Shown: piece by piece, positions 26,410 through 37,700 of the stretch
Numbering within the stretch: the first letter of the stretch is position 1
Layout of the letters: every line of letters begins with the position of its first letter
Source of the DNA: Heptranchias perlo
Taxonomy: Eukaryota
Direction: 5' to 3'
Length of the DNA stretch: 64,000 bases
Assembly: GCF_035084215.1 (NCBI RefSeq)
Contig: NC_090357.1
Coordinates: 4,960,001 to 5,024,000 of the forward strand
The notes under the pieces: generated by a model
Databases searched by the model: none
What the model was told of the DNA's origin: nothing
Seen by the model: the letters and a program-made list of their open reading frames with translations, nothing else
Made by a program: the position numbers and the translations under genes

Positions 26410-27830
26410 TCAACAATAGCAACTTGCATTTATATAGCGCCTTTAACGCAGTAAAGACGTCCCAAGGCGCTTCACAGAAGCGTAATCAGACAAAAATTGA
26501 CACCGAGCCAAAAGAAGGAGACATTAGGCAGGTGACCAAAAGCTTGGTCAAAAAGGTCTTAAAGGAGGAGAGGAAGGCAGTGAGGCGGAGAGGTTTAGGG
26601 AGGGAATTCCAGAGCTTAGGGCCTAGGCAGCTGGAGGCATGGCCGCCAATGGTGGAGTGAAGGAAGTGAGGGATGAACAAGAGGCCAGAATTGGAGGAGC
26701 GCAGAGATCTCGGAGGGTTGTAGGGCTGGAGAAGGTTACAGAGATAGGGAGGGGCGAGGCCATGGAGGGATTTGAACACTAGGATAAGAATTTTAAAATC
26801 AAGACCTCAGAGGACCGGGAGCCAATGAAGGTTAATGAGCATGAGGATAATGGTTGAACGGGATTTGGTGCGAGTTAGGATACGGGCAGCAGAGTTTTAC
26901 ACGAGCTTGAGTTTATGGAGGGTGGAAGGTGGCAGGCTGGTCAGGAGACCACTGGAATAGTTGAGTCTAGAGGTAACAAATGCATGGATGAAAACTTCAG
27001 CAGCAGATGGGCTGAGGCTGGGGTGGGTGTGGGCGATATTACGAAGGTGGAAGTAGGCGGTCTTGGTGATGGAGCGGATATGGGGTCAGAAGCTCAGCTC
27101 AGGGTAAAATAAGAGGTGAGGTTCCAAACTGTCCGATTCAGCCTTATACAGTGACCAGAGTGAGGGATGGAATCGGTGGCTCGAGAACGGAGTGTGTGGC
27201 GGGGGCCGAAGAAAATGGTTTCGGTCTTCCCAATGTTTAACTGGAAGAAAATTTGGCTCATCCAGTTCTGGATGACGGACAACACAGAGGCTGTGGAGGG
27301 ATTGACAGAGGTGATGGTGGTGAGGTAGAGCTGGGTGTTGTCAGCGTACATGTGGAACCTGACATTGTGTTTTCAGAAGATGTCGCCGAGGGGCAGCATG
27401 TAGATGAGAAATAGGAGGGGGGTCAATGTTAGATCCTTGGGGGACTCCAGAGGTAACAGTGTGAGAGCAGGAAGAGAAGCCACTGCGGGAGATTCTCTGA
27501 CTACGACTGGATAGGTAAGAGTGGAACCAGGCAAGCGCAGTCCCACCCAGCTGGACGACGGAGGAGAGGCGTTGGACGAAGATGGTGTGGTCAACCATAT
27601 CAAAGGCTACAGACAGGTCAAGAAGGGTGAGGAGGGATAGTTTACCACAGTCACGGTCACAAAGGATGTCAGTTGTGACTTTGACAAGGGCCGTTTCGGT
27701 ACTGTGGCAGGGGCGGAAAGCTGATTGGAGAGATTCAAACACGGAGTTGCGGGAAAGATGGGCGCGGATTTGGGAGGCGCCAACACGTCCAAGGACTTTG
27801 GAGAGGAAAGGGAGGTTGGAGTTGGGGGCG
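26410..27830 (-). mobile_element. L2 LINE RT and 3' fragment filling SCN2B intron 2
   Basis: SNLPFLSKVL, QSAFRPCHSTETAL, LLDLSVAFD, SGVPQGS and YADNTQLY motifs, plus the L2 tail. Confidence 0.9.
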
Positions 27831-27909
27831 GTAGTTTGCCAGGAAACACTCTTCCAATGCCCTCTATCTCCTTCCAATCAAATAATGAAGCAAAAAGCAA
27901 AACACTTAC

Positions 27910-28076
27910 CAGATCTTCTGTGCAGTTGTCACAAACCTGATAGGTCCAGTTTAAGGTAAAATGCTTGTCGTTGACTTCGTAGCACGAGTTGAAAGTGCAG
28001 GTCAGTTTAGCTGAAGTCCCGTTCAGCTTGATGACTTTAGGTGCAACTGTGACATCCATACCAGAGCCGAGATGGA
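27910..28076 (-). CDS. SCN2B: SCN2B exon 2 (end of signal peptide, first half of the Ig V domain)
   Basis: Acceptor TCTTTAG|TC, donor CTG|GTAAGT, 167 bp, encoding (V)HLGSGMDVTVAPKVIKLNGTSAKLTCTFNSCYEVNDKHFTLNWTYQVCDNCTEDL. Confidence 0.96.
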
Positions 28077-28139
28077 CTAAAGAGAGGGGGAGAAAAGCAA
28101 ACTATCAGGAACTAAAGGATTGAGAATGTCCGATGGTCC

Positions 28140-28570
28140 ATTTCACAAGGTACCAGGGGTGAAAGACTTCAGTTACGTGGAGAGACCAGAGAAACTGGGG
28201 TTGTTCTCCTTGGAGCAGAGAAGGTTAAGGGGATAGAGGTGCTCAAAATCATGAAGGGTTTTGACAGAATAAATAAGGAGAAACACAGGGTAATTGGCAT
28301 AAGAGCCAGAGACGACATGAGGAAAAATCTTTTATGCAGCGAGTGGTTATATAATCTGGAATGCACTTCTTTAAAGGGCGTTGGAAGCAGATTCAATAGT
28401 GACTTTCAAAAGGGAACTTGATAAATACTTGAAGGAGGGAAATTTGCAGAGCTATGGGGAAAGAGCAGGGGATATGGGACTAATTGGATAGACTCTTTCA
28501 AAGAGCCAGCACAGGGGACGACGGGCCGAATGGCCTCCTTCTGTGCTGTATCGTTCTATGAGTCTATGAA
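28140..28570 (+). mobile_element. CR1 3' fragment
   Basis: GACTTCAGTTACGTGGAGAGAC...GGGCCGAATGGCCTCCTTCTGTGCTG, as in the other copies. Confidence 0.8.
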
Positions 28571-28879
28571 CTGTAAAACAAAGATAGTTTGCTCAGCCCT
28601 GAGGTAGAGATTTGAACGTCAAGCCAATAATGATGAGGAATTGATGTCCTTTGAATTTGGTGCCTTTTGAAGGTGCAAAATTTAAGTATCTTAATTAAGC
28701 CAAATCTGACCCAAAATCCCAGGCCACTTGGTCTCCCAGGAATGTACCACCAGAGAGAACAGAGTCCACCAAAACATGGCTCAGCTCCCTCATCATGTGC
28801 CGCAAACAGTTAACCAGGGAGTCTGGTCGGGAGGCTTCCTCATTACAGAGACTCAAAGCTGTTAAAAAGTGGTCCCCAT

Positions 28880-29225
28880 GACAACAACAACAACAATAAC
28901 TTGCATTTATATAGCGCCTTTAACGTAGTAAAACGGCCCAAGGCGCTTCACAGGATCGTTAGCAAACAAAATTTGACACTAAGTCACATAAGGCGATATT
29001 AAGACAGGTGACCAAACGTTTGTCCAAAGAGGTAGGTTTTAAGGAGCATCTTAAAGGAGGAGGGCGAGGTGGAGAGGTTTAGGGAGGGAATTCCAGAGCT
29101 TAGGGCCGAGGCGGCTGAAGGCACGGCCGCCAATGGTGGAAGCGATTAAAATCGGGGATGCGCAAGAGGTCAAGAATTGGAGGAGCGCAGAGATCTCGGA
29201 GGGTTGTAGGGCCGGAGGAGGTGAC
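28880..29225 (-). mobile_element. L2 3' end
   Basis: (CAA)n-ACTTGCATTTATATAGCGCC tail and L2 body. Confidence 0.8.
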
Positions 29226-30644
29226 ACAAACCACCTTCTTCACAAGGGCCCCGTTGGTAAGACCACCCTCCCGAAGAAGGGTCCTGAATACAGAACTCCC
29301 CGTTGATAAGCCGGCCCCTATCCCCCCGCCCCCCCCCTCCCCCCGCCCACACACACACACACCGACGGTGCAACTTTCTCTTCAGCTGCCCGAGACGTTC
29401 CAGCTTCAGTGCCTCCGTCATCATGCAGCTGTGCCTTCACCGTCGGCAGCTCTACTCTGCATATTGCTGCACTTTAAGGCTCCAAAAAAAAAAAAATCTA
29501 TATCTCCAAAACACTGCATCAATCAGAGGGCAATGCAGCTCGGCTGAAGTGCTGACTGTGCAAGACCTTTATTGAATAATACTAAGTTGGACCTATCCCA
29601 GGGGATGATGTAATGAAACAGGATTCCACTCCAACAAAACATAAAAGGAACCGTCTCCTGTCTGTCAGTGAGTACCGTTTAACCTGCAACACTCCAACAA
29701 ACAGAGCTTCAGAAAGGATTTTTTTTTTTTTTTAAAAAGAGTCGTTAAGAAGAGGTTCCCTCAATGACCGTTGCTCGGTTACCCTGCGAGGTGAAGACAG
29801 CAAAAGATGACAGGACTCTTGGGTGAACTGGACGCAACGTCACCTGTGAAGGTTACTGTTAAGAAGAAGGTCTTTGATCAGCTGGGTGTCGTAGCACAGT
29901 TTTCACTGAACGTGAAGGAGCGCGGATGTTTATTCACAAAGCCCAACACAAAAATCTTTTGGCTAGCCCAAGGAGGTTTGGATCCAGGGAAGGTGCTGCT
30001 CTGGAAGGCCGAATAAAGGGTCCAGGTAATGGGTTAACCTCAACTAGGAGTATGGAGATGGCCCAGGATTAGGAGCAAGTGATCGTCTCAACTCTCAACA
30101 CCTCAGGTCCCCGAGAGCCAATGGGCAAGAAAGGATCCGAATGAAAACAAGCGAATGAACACCCTGAAGAATAAAAGACCATCACCACCCACATCTGTAA
30201 CGACTGGGCCGAGAACGAGCCAGTTACTTGACAGCGAATCTGAAATCCTTTCCTCCCAGAAGAAAGATGTCTACGGGGAGACCCAACTCAGAGGCCAAGT
30301 CTCTTCCACATTTCTTTTCTTCCTCCTCTGCTTGCTCCATCTCAGTCTCAGCCAACTGTGAAAAACTTGTGCAAATTGAAAGAATCTATTGTTGACTTAC
30401 CACCCTTAAATAGATGGCAGAGAAGCTATTCGGCCAAGGTAAGCGGAGGGCTATCGATTAAGGGGTTAAGATGTCGTCTAGTCTAGTTGCAGTAATCTAT
30501 TGATCGATAATCTGTGCAAAGATTCCTGCTGGCATTTGCTCGTTCATTTGTTTCACAGAATATCCTTACAGAGAGTCGCACTCCAAAAAATCTAGGCTGA
30601 CACCCCAGTGCAGTACTGAGGGAGGTACCACTCGACAGGGGGAG

Positions 30645-31780
30645 AGGGAGCTTTACTCTGTATCTAACCCGTGATGTACCTGCCCTGGGAGTGTTTGATG
30701 GGACAGTGCAGAGGGAGCTTTACTCTGTATCTAACCCGTGATGTACCTGCCCTGGGAGTGTTTGATGGGACAGTGTAAAGGGAGCTTTACTCTGCATCTA
30801 ACCCGTGCTGTACCTGCCCTGGGAGTGTTTGATGGGACAGTGCAGAGGGAGCTTTACTCTGTATCTAACCCGTGCTGTACCTGCCCTGGGAGTGCTTGAT
30901 GGGACAGTGTAGAGGGAGCTTTACTCTGTATCTAACCCATGCTGTACCTGCCCCGGGAGTGTTTGATGGGACAGTGTAGAGGGAGCTTTACTCTGTATCT
31001 AACCCTGTACCTGCCCTGGGAGTGTTTGATGGGACAGTGTAGAGGGAGCTTTACTCTGTATCTAACCCATGCTGTACCTGCCCCGGGAGTGTTTGATGGG
31101 ACAGTGGAGAGGGAGCTTTACTCTGTATCTAACCCTGTACCTGCCCTGGGGGTGTTTGATGGGACAGTGTAGAGGGAGCTTTACTCTGTATCTAACCCAT
31201 GCTGTACCTGCCCCGGGAGTGTTTGATGGGACAGTGGAGAGGGAGCTTTACTCTGTATCTAACCCTGTACCTGCCCTGGGGGTGTTTGATGGGACAGTGT
31301 AGAGGGAGCTTTACTCTGTATCTAACCTGCATCGGGTGGATGCGGTAAGGATGTTCCCAAGGATGGGTGAAACTAGAACTACGGGGCATAATCTTAGAAT
31401 AAGGGGCTGCTCTTTCAAAACTGAGATGAGGAGAAACTTCTTCACTCAGAGGGTAGTAGGTCTGTGGAATTTGCTGCCCCAGGAAGCTGTGGAAGCTACA
31501 TCATTAAATAAATTTGAAACAGAAATCGACAGTTTCCTAGAAGTAAAGGGAATTAGGGGTTACGGGGAGCGGGCAGGAAATCGGACATGAATTTAGATTT
31601 GAGATTAGGATCAGATCAGCCATGATCTTATTGAATGGCGGAGCAGGCTCGAGGGGCCGATTGGCCTACTCCTGCTCCTATTTCTTATGTTCTTATGTTC
31701 TTAACCCGTGCTGAACCTGCCCTGGGAGTGTTTGATGGGACAGTGTAGAGGGAGCTTTACTCTATATCTAACCTGTGCTA
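30645..31780 (+). repeat. ~65-bp (60/65 variant) minisatellite AGAGGGAGCTTTACTCTGTATCTAACCCGTGCTGTACCTGCCCTGGGAGTGTTTGATGGGACAGTGT, interrupted by CR1
   Basis: About 11-12 tandem units visible. The same unit is inverted at 43311-43449 and 60575-60912. Confidence 0.92.
31327..31702 (+). mobile_element. Young CR1 3' fragment inserted in the minisatellite
   Basis: ORF 31336-31590 and (TTCTTATG)n tail; the array resumes at TAACCCGTGC. Confidence 0.88.
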
Positions 31781-31782
31781 CA

Positions 31783-34700
31783 AGGGAGGGAGGGATTGAG
31801 TGAGTGTGGGGGAGGGATAGTGGGAGGGAGGGAGTAAGTGTAGACGAGGAAGTGTGGGGGATTGAGGGAGGGAGCGAGTGAGCATCGGGGAGGGAGTAAG
31901 AGTGCAGGAGGGAGGGAGTGAGAGTGGGGGAGGGAGGGAGCTAAAATGGGGGATGGAGGGAGTGCGAGTGGGGGAGGGAGGGAGAGCGGGGAGGGAGGGA
32001 GTGAGAGTGGGGGAGGGAGAAAGAGTGGGGAAGGGAGGGAGAGTGGGGAGGGAAGGAATGAGAGTGTGGGAGGGAGGGAGAGTGGGGGAGGGAGGGAGAG
32101 TGATGGAAGGAGAGTGGGGGAGGGAGGGATTGGGACTGGGGGAGGGAGGGAAAGTGAGGGAGAGTGGGGGAGGGAGGGAGGGAGGGAGAGTGGGGGAGGG
32201 AGGGAGGGAGAGTGGGGGAGGGAAAGTGGGGGAGGGAGAGTGGGGGAGGGAGAGGGAGGGAGGGAGAGTGGGGGAGGGAGGAAGTGAGAGTGGGGGAGGG
32301 AGGAAGTGAGAGTGGGGGAGGGAGGAAGTGAGAGTGGGGGAGGGAGGGAGTGAGAGTGGGGGAGGGAGTGAGAGTGGGGGAGGGAGGGAGAGGGAGTGGG
32401 GGTGGGGGTTGGAGGGAGGGAGGGTGAGGGAGGGAGAGTGGGGGAGGGGGGAGTGGGGGAGGGGGAGTGGGGGAGGGATTGGGACAGGGGAGGGAGTGGG
32501 ACAGGGGAGGGAGTGGGGTGGGGGAGGGAGGGAGAGTGGGGGAGGGAGAGCGAGTGGGGGAGGGAGAGAGTGGGGGATGGAGGGATTGGGACAGGGGGAG
32601 GGAGTGGGAGTGGGGGAGGGAGGGAGAGTGGGGGAGGAAGGGAGAGTGGGGGAGGGAGGGAGGGTGAGGGTGGGCGAGTGGGGGAGGGAGGGAGAGTGGG
32701 GAGGGAGGGAGAGTGGGGGGGGAGGGAGAGTGGGGGAGGGAGGGAGAGTGGGGGGGGAGAGAGTGGGGGATGGAGGGATTGGGACAGGGGGAGGGGAGTG
32801 GGAGTGGGGGAGGGAGGGAGAGTGGGGGAGGAAGGGAGAGTGGGGGAGGGAGGGTGAGGGTGGGCGAGTGGGGGAGGGAGGGAGAGTGGGGAGGGAGGGA
32901 GAGTGGGGGGGGAGGGAGAGTGTAGGAGGGTGGGAGTGTGGGGGATTGGGACTGAGGGAGGGAGAGTGGGGGAGGGAGGTAGAGTGGGGGAGGGAGGGAG
33001 AGTGGGGGAGGGAGGGAATGGGAGTGGGGGAGGGAGGGGAGGGTGAGGGAGGGAGAGTGGGGGAGGGAGGGAGTGGGAGTGGGGGAGGGAGTGGGAGTGG
33101 GGGGAGGGAGGGAGAGTGGGGGAGGGAGTGGGAGTGGGGGAGGGAGGGATTGGGACTGGGGGAGGGAGTGGGAGTGGGGGAGGGAGAGAAGTGGGGGATG
33201 GAGGGATTGGGACAGGGGGAGGGAGTGGGAGTGGGGGAGGGAGGGAGAGTGGGGGAGGAAGGGAGAGTGGGGGAGGAAGGGAGAGTGGGGGGAGGGAGTG
33301 GGAGTGGGGGGAGGGAGGGATTGGGGGAGGGAGGGAGTGGGAGTGGGGGAGGGAGTGGGAGTGGGGGAGGGAGGGGGAGTGGGAGTGGGGGAGGAAGGGA
33401 GAGTGGGGGAGGGAGGGATTGGGGGAGGGAGGGAGTGGGAGTGGGAGTGGGGGAGGGAGTGGGAGTGGGAGTGGGGGAGTGAGGGGGAGTGGGGGAGGGA
33501 GTGGGAGTGGGGGAGATGAGTGGGAGTGGGGAGATGAGTGGGAGTGGGGGGAGGGTGTGGGGTGGGGGGGGTGGGAGGGTGATGGGGGGAGGGAGGGAGA
33601 ATGGGGGTGGGAGGGAGTGGGAGTGGGGGGTGGGAGTGGGGGAGGGAGTGGGAGTGGGGGAGGGGGAGGGGTGTGGGGGGAGGGTGGGGTGTGGGTGTGG
33701 GGGTGGGTGAGTGGGGGAGGGTGGGAGTGGGAATGGGGGAGGGGAGTGGGAGTGGGGGTGGGAGTGGGAGTGGGGGAGGGAGGGTGTGTGGGGGTGGGTG
33801 GGGTGTGGGGGAGGGTGGGAGTGGTGTGGGGGTGGGTGGGAGTGGGAGTGGGGGAGGGAGTGGGAGTGGGAGTGGGGGGTGGGAGTGGGGTGGGGGGAGG
33901 GAGGGTGGTGGGGGGGGAGGAGTGGGGGGATGGAGGGATTGGGACAGGGGGTGGGAGTGGGTGTGGGGGAGGGAGGGAGAGTGGGGGAGGAGGGAGAGTG
34001 GGGGAGGGGAGGGTGAGGGTGGGCGAGTGGGGGAGGGAGGGTGAGGTGGGGAGGGAGGGAGAGTGGGGGGGGAGGGAGAGTGTAGGAGGGTGGGAGTGTG
34101 GGGGATTGGGATGAGGGAGGGGAGTGGGGGAGGGAGGTAGAGTGGGGGAGGGAGGGAGGTGGGGGAGGGAGGGATGGGAGTGGGGGTGGGAGGGTGGGGT
34201 GGGGGGGAGGTGGTGGGGGTGGGTGGGAGTGGGTGTGGGGGAGGGAGTGGGTGTGGGGGAGGGTGGGAGAGTGGGGGAGGGAGTGGGTGTGGGGGGAGGG
34301 AGGGATTGGGACTGGGGGAGGGAGTGGGAGTGGGGGTGGGAGAGAGAGTGGGGGATGGAGGGATTGGGAAGGGGGAGGGAGTGGGAGTGGGGGTGGGAGG
34401 GGAGTGGGGGAGGAGGGGAGTGGGGGAGGTAGGGTGAGTGGGGGGTGGGTGTGGGGTGGGGGAGGGTGGGATTGGGGGAGGGAGGGTGTGGGGTGGGGGA
34501 GGGAGTGGGAGTGGGGGTGGGTGGGGTGTGGGTGTGGGGGAGGAGGGAGAGTGGGGGTGGGAGGGATTGGGGGTGGGTGGGGTGGGAGTGGGAGTGGGGG
34601 GGGTGGTGGGTGTGGGGTGGGGGTGTGTGGGGGTGTGGGGGAGGGTGTGGGAGTGGGGGAGATGAGTGGGAGTGGGGGAGGTGGTGGGAGTGGGGGTGGG

Positions 34701-37700
34701 GTGGGTGGTGGGGGTGGGGGGAGTGGGGGGTGGGAGGGGTGGGGGTGGGGGTGGAGTGGGGGGGGTGGGGGTGGGGGAGGGGGGTGGGAGGTGGGGGTGG
34801 GGGGTGTGGGGTGGGGGTGGGTGGTGGGGGTGGGGGAGTGGGTGGGGTGGGAGTGGGGTGGGGGTGGGAGTGGGAGTGGGGGTGGGAGGGTGTGTGGGGG
34901 GTGGGTGGGAGTGGGGGTGGTGGGGTGTGGGGGGAGGGTGTGGTGGGGTGGGGGTGGGAGTGGGGGTGGGAGGGATTGGGGGTGGGTGGGAGTGGGAGTG
35001 GGGGAGGGAGTGGGGTGGGGGTGGGAGGGGGTGTGGGGTGGGGGTGGAGGGTGAGTGGGGGAGGGTGGGTGGGGGTGGGGGGGTGGGGGGGTGGGGTGGG
35101 GGTGGGGGGTGGGGTGGGGGTGGGGGGAGTGAGGGGGGTGGGGGGTGGGGGGGGAGTGGGGGGTGGTGGGAGTGGGGGGGTGGGTGGGGGTGGGGGAGGG
35201 AGTGGGGTGGGGGGGGTGGGAGTGGGGGGGGGTGGTGGGGTGGGGGTGGGGAGTGGGGGGGGTGGGGGTGGGGGGGGGTGGGGTGGGGGTGGGGGGGTGT
35301 GGGAGTGGGGGTGGGAGTGGGGGTGGGTGGGAGTGGGTGGGGGGGGTGGTGGGGGTGGGGGGGGAGGTGGGGTGGGGGGTGGGGTGGGGAGTGGGGGTGG
35401 GGAGGGTGAGTGGGGGTGGGTGGGTGGGTGGGAGGGTGGGAGTGGTGTGGGGGTGGGGTGGGGTGGGGTGGGGGTGGGAGTGGGAGTGGGGGGGTGGGGT
35501 GGGTGAGTGGGGGTGGGTGGGAGTGGGGTGGTGGTGGGAGTGGGGGAGGGTGGGTGGGGGAGGGGGGAGGGGAGTGGGGGAGGGGAGTGGGGGAGGGAGG
35601 GAGTGGGAATGGGGGAGGGAGTGGGAGTGGGGGAGGGAGGGGAGTGGGGGAGGGAGGGAGAGTGGGGGAGGGAGGGAGAGTGGGGGAGGGAGGGAGTGGA
35701 GTGGGGGGAGGGAGGGAGTGGGAGTGGGGGAGGGAGTGGGAGTGGGAGTGGGGGAGGGAGTGGGAGTGGGGGAGGGAGGGAGAGTGGGGGAGGGAGGGAG
35801 TGGGAGTGGGGGAGGGAGTGGGGGAGGGAGTGGGAGTGGGGGTGGGGGAGGGAGAGTGGGGTAGGGAGGGAGTGGGAGTGGGGGAGGGAGTGGGAGTGGG
35901 GGAGGGAGGGGGAGTGGAGTGGGGGAGGGAGAGTGGGGGAGGGAGGGATTGGGGAGGGAGGGAGTGGGAGTGGAGTGGGGGAGGGAGTGGAGTGGGGTGG
36001 GGGAGTGAGGGGGAGTGGGGGTGGGGAGTGGGAGTGGGGGAGTGAGTGGGTGGGGAGGAGTGGGAGTGGGGAGGGAGTGGGAGTGGGGGAGGGTGGGAGA
36101 ATGGGGGTGGGTGGAGAATGGGGGAGGGTGGGAGTGGGAGTGGGGGAGGGAGTGGGAGTGGGGGAGGGTGGGGGGTGGGAGTGGGGGGAGGATGGGAGAG
36201 TGGGGGAGGGTGGGATTGGGGGAGGGAGGGAGTGGGAGTGGGAGTGGGGGAGGGGATGTGGGAGTGGAGTGGGGGAGTGAGGGGAGTGGGGAGGGAGTGG
36301 GAGTGGGGGAGTGAGTGGGAGTGGGGGGGAGGGAGTGGGAGTGGGGGAGGGAGGGAGAATGGGGGAGGGAGGGAGTGGGAGTGGGGGAGGGAGTGGGGGA
36401 GGGAGTGGGAGTGGGGGAGGGGGAGGGAGAGTGGGGGAGGGAGGGAGTGGGAGTGGGAGGAGGGAGAGTGGGGGAGGGAGGGAGTGGGAATGGGGGAGGG
36501 AGTGGGAGTGGGGGAGGGAGTGGGGAGTGGGGGAGGGAGGGAGAGTGGGGTGGAGGGAGGGAGAGTGGGGGAGGGAGGGAGAGTGGGGGAGGAGGGAGAG
36601 TGGGGGAGGGAGTGGGAGTGGGGGAGGAGGGATTGGGGAGGGGAGGGAGTGGGAGTGGGGGAGGGAGTGGGATTGGGGGAGGGAGGGGGGTGGGAGTGGG
36701 GGAGGAAGGGAGAGTGGGGGAGGGAGGGATTGGGGGAGGGAGGGAGTGGGAGTGGGAGTGGGGGAGGGAGTGGGTAGTGGAGTGGGGGAGTGAGGGGAGT
36801 GGGGGAGGGAGTGGGAGTGGGGGAGATGAGTGGGAGTGGGGAGATGGTGGAGTGGGGGAGGGGTGGGAGTGGGGGAGGGAGGGAATGGGGAGGGAGGGAG
36901 TGGGAGTGGGGGAGGGAGTGGGGGAGGGAGTGGGAGTGGGGGAGGGGGAGGGAGGTGGGGGAGGGAGGGAGTGGGAGTGGGGGAGGGAGAGTGGGGGAGG
37001 GAGGGAGTGGGAANNNNNNNNNNNNNNNNNNNNNNNNNNNNNNNNNNNNNNNNNNNNNNNNNNNNNNNNNNNNNNNNNNNNNNNNNNNNNNNNNNNNNNN
37101 NNNNNNNNNNNNNNNNNNNNNNNNNNNNNNNNNNNNNNNNNNNNNNNNNNNNNNNNNNNNNNNNNNNNNNNNNNNNNNNNNNNNNNNNNNNNNNNNNNNN
37201 NNNNNNNNNNNNNTGGAATGGGAGTGGGGGAGGGAGGGAGGGTGAGGAGGGAGAGTGGGGGAGGGAGGAGTGGGGAGTGGGGGAGGGAGTGGGAGTGGGG
37301 GAGGGAGGGAGAGTGGGGGAGGGAGTGGGAGTGGGGGAGGGAGGGATTGGGACTGGGGAGGGAGTGGGAGTGGGGGAGGGAGAGAGAGTGGGGGATGGAG
37401 GGATTGGGACAGGGGGAGGGAGTGGGAGTGGGGGAGGGAGGGAGAGTGGGGGAGGAAGGGAGAGTGGGGGAGGAAGGGAGAGTGGGGGAGGGAGTGGGAG
37501 TGGGGGAGGGAGGGATTGGGGGAGGGAGGGAGTGGGAGTGGGGGAGGGAGTGGGAGTGGGGGAGGGAGGGGGAGTGGGAGTGGGGGAGGAAGGGAGAGTG
37601 GGGGAGGGAGGGATTGGGGGAGGGAGGGAGTGGGAGTGGGAGTGGGGGAGGGAGTGGGAGTGGGAGTGGGGGAGTGAGGGGGAGTGGGGGAGGGAGTGGG

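Noticed and set aside
27607-27909. C-terminal part of the 150-aa ORF 27607-28059
   Set aside because: Read-through past the exon 2 donor into intron and L2 sequence.
33550-35570. Apparently distinct GT-rich subdomain of the satellite
   Set aside because: It keeps the skeleton of neighbouring blocks with scattered A>T/G changes, most simply explained as low-coverage long-read consensus error. Raw reads are needed before treating it as biology.
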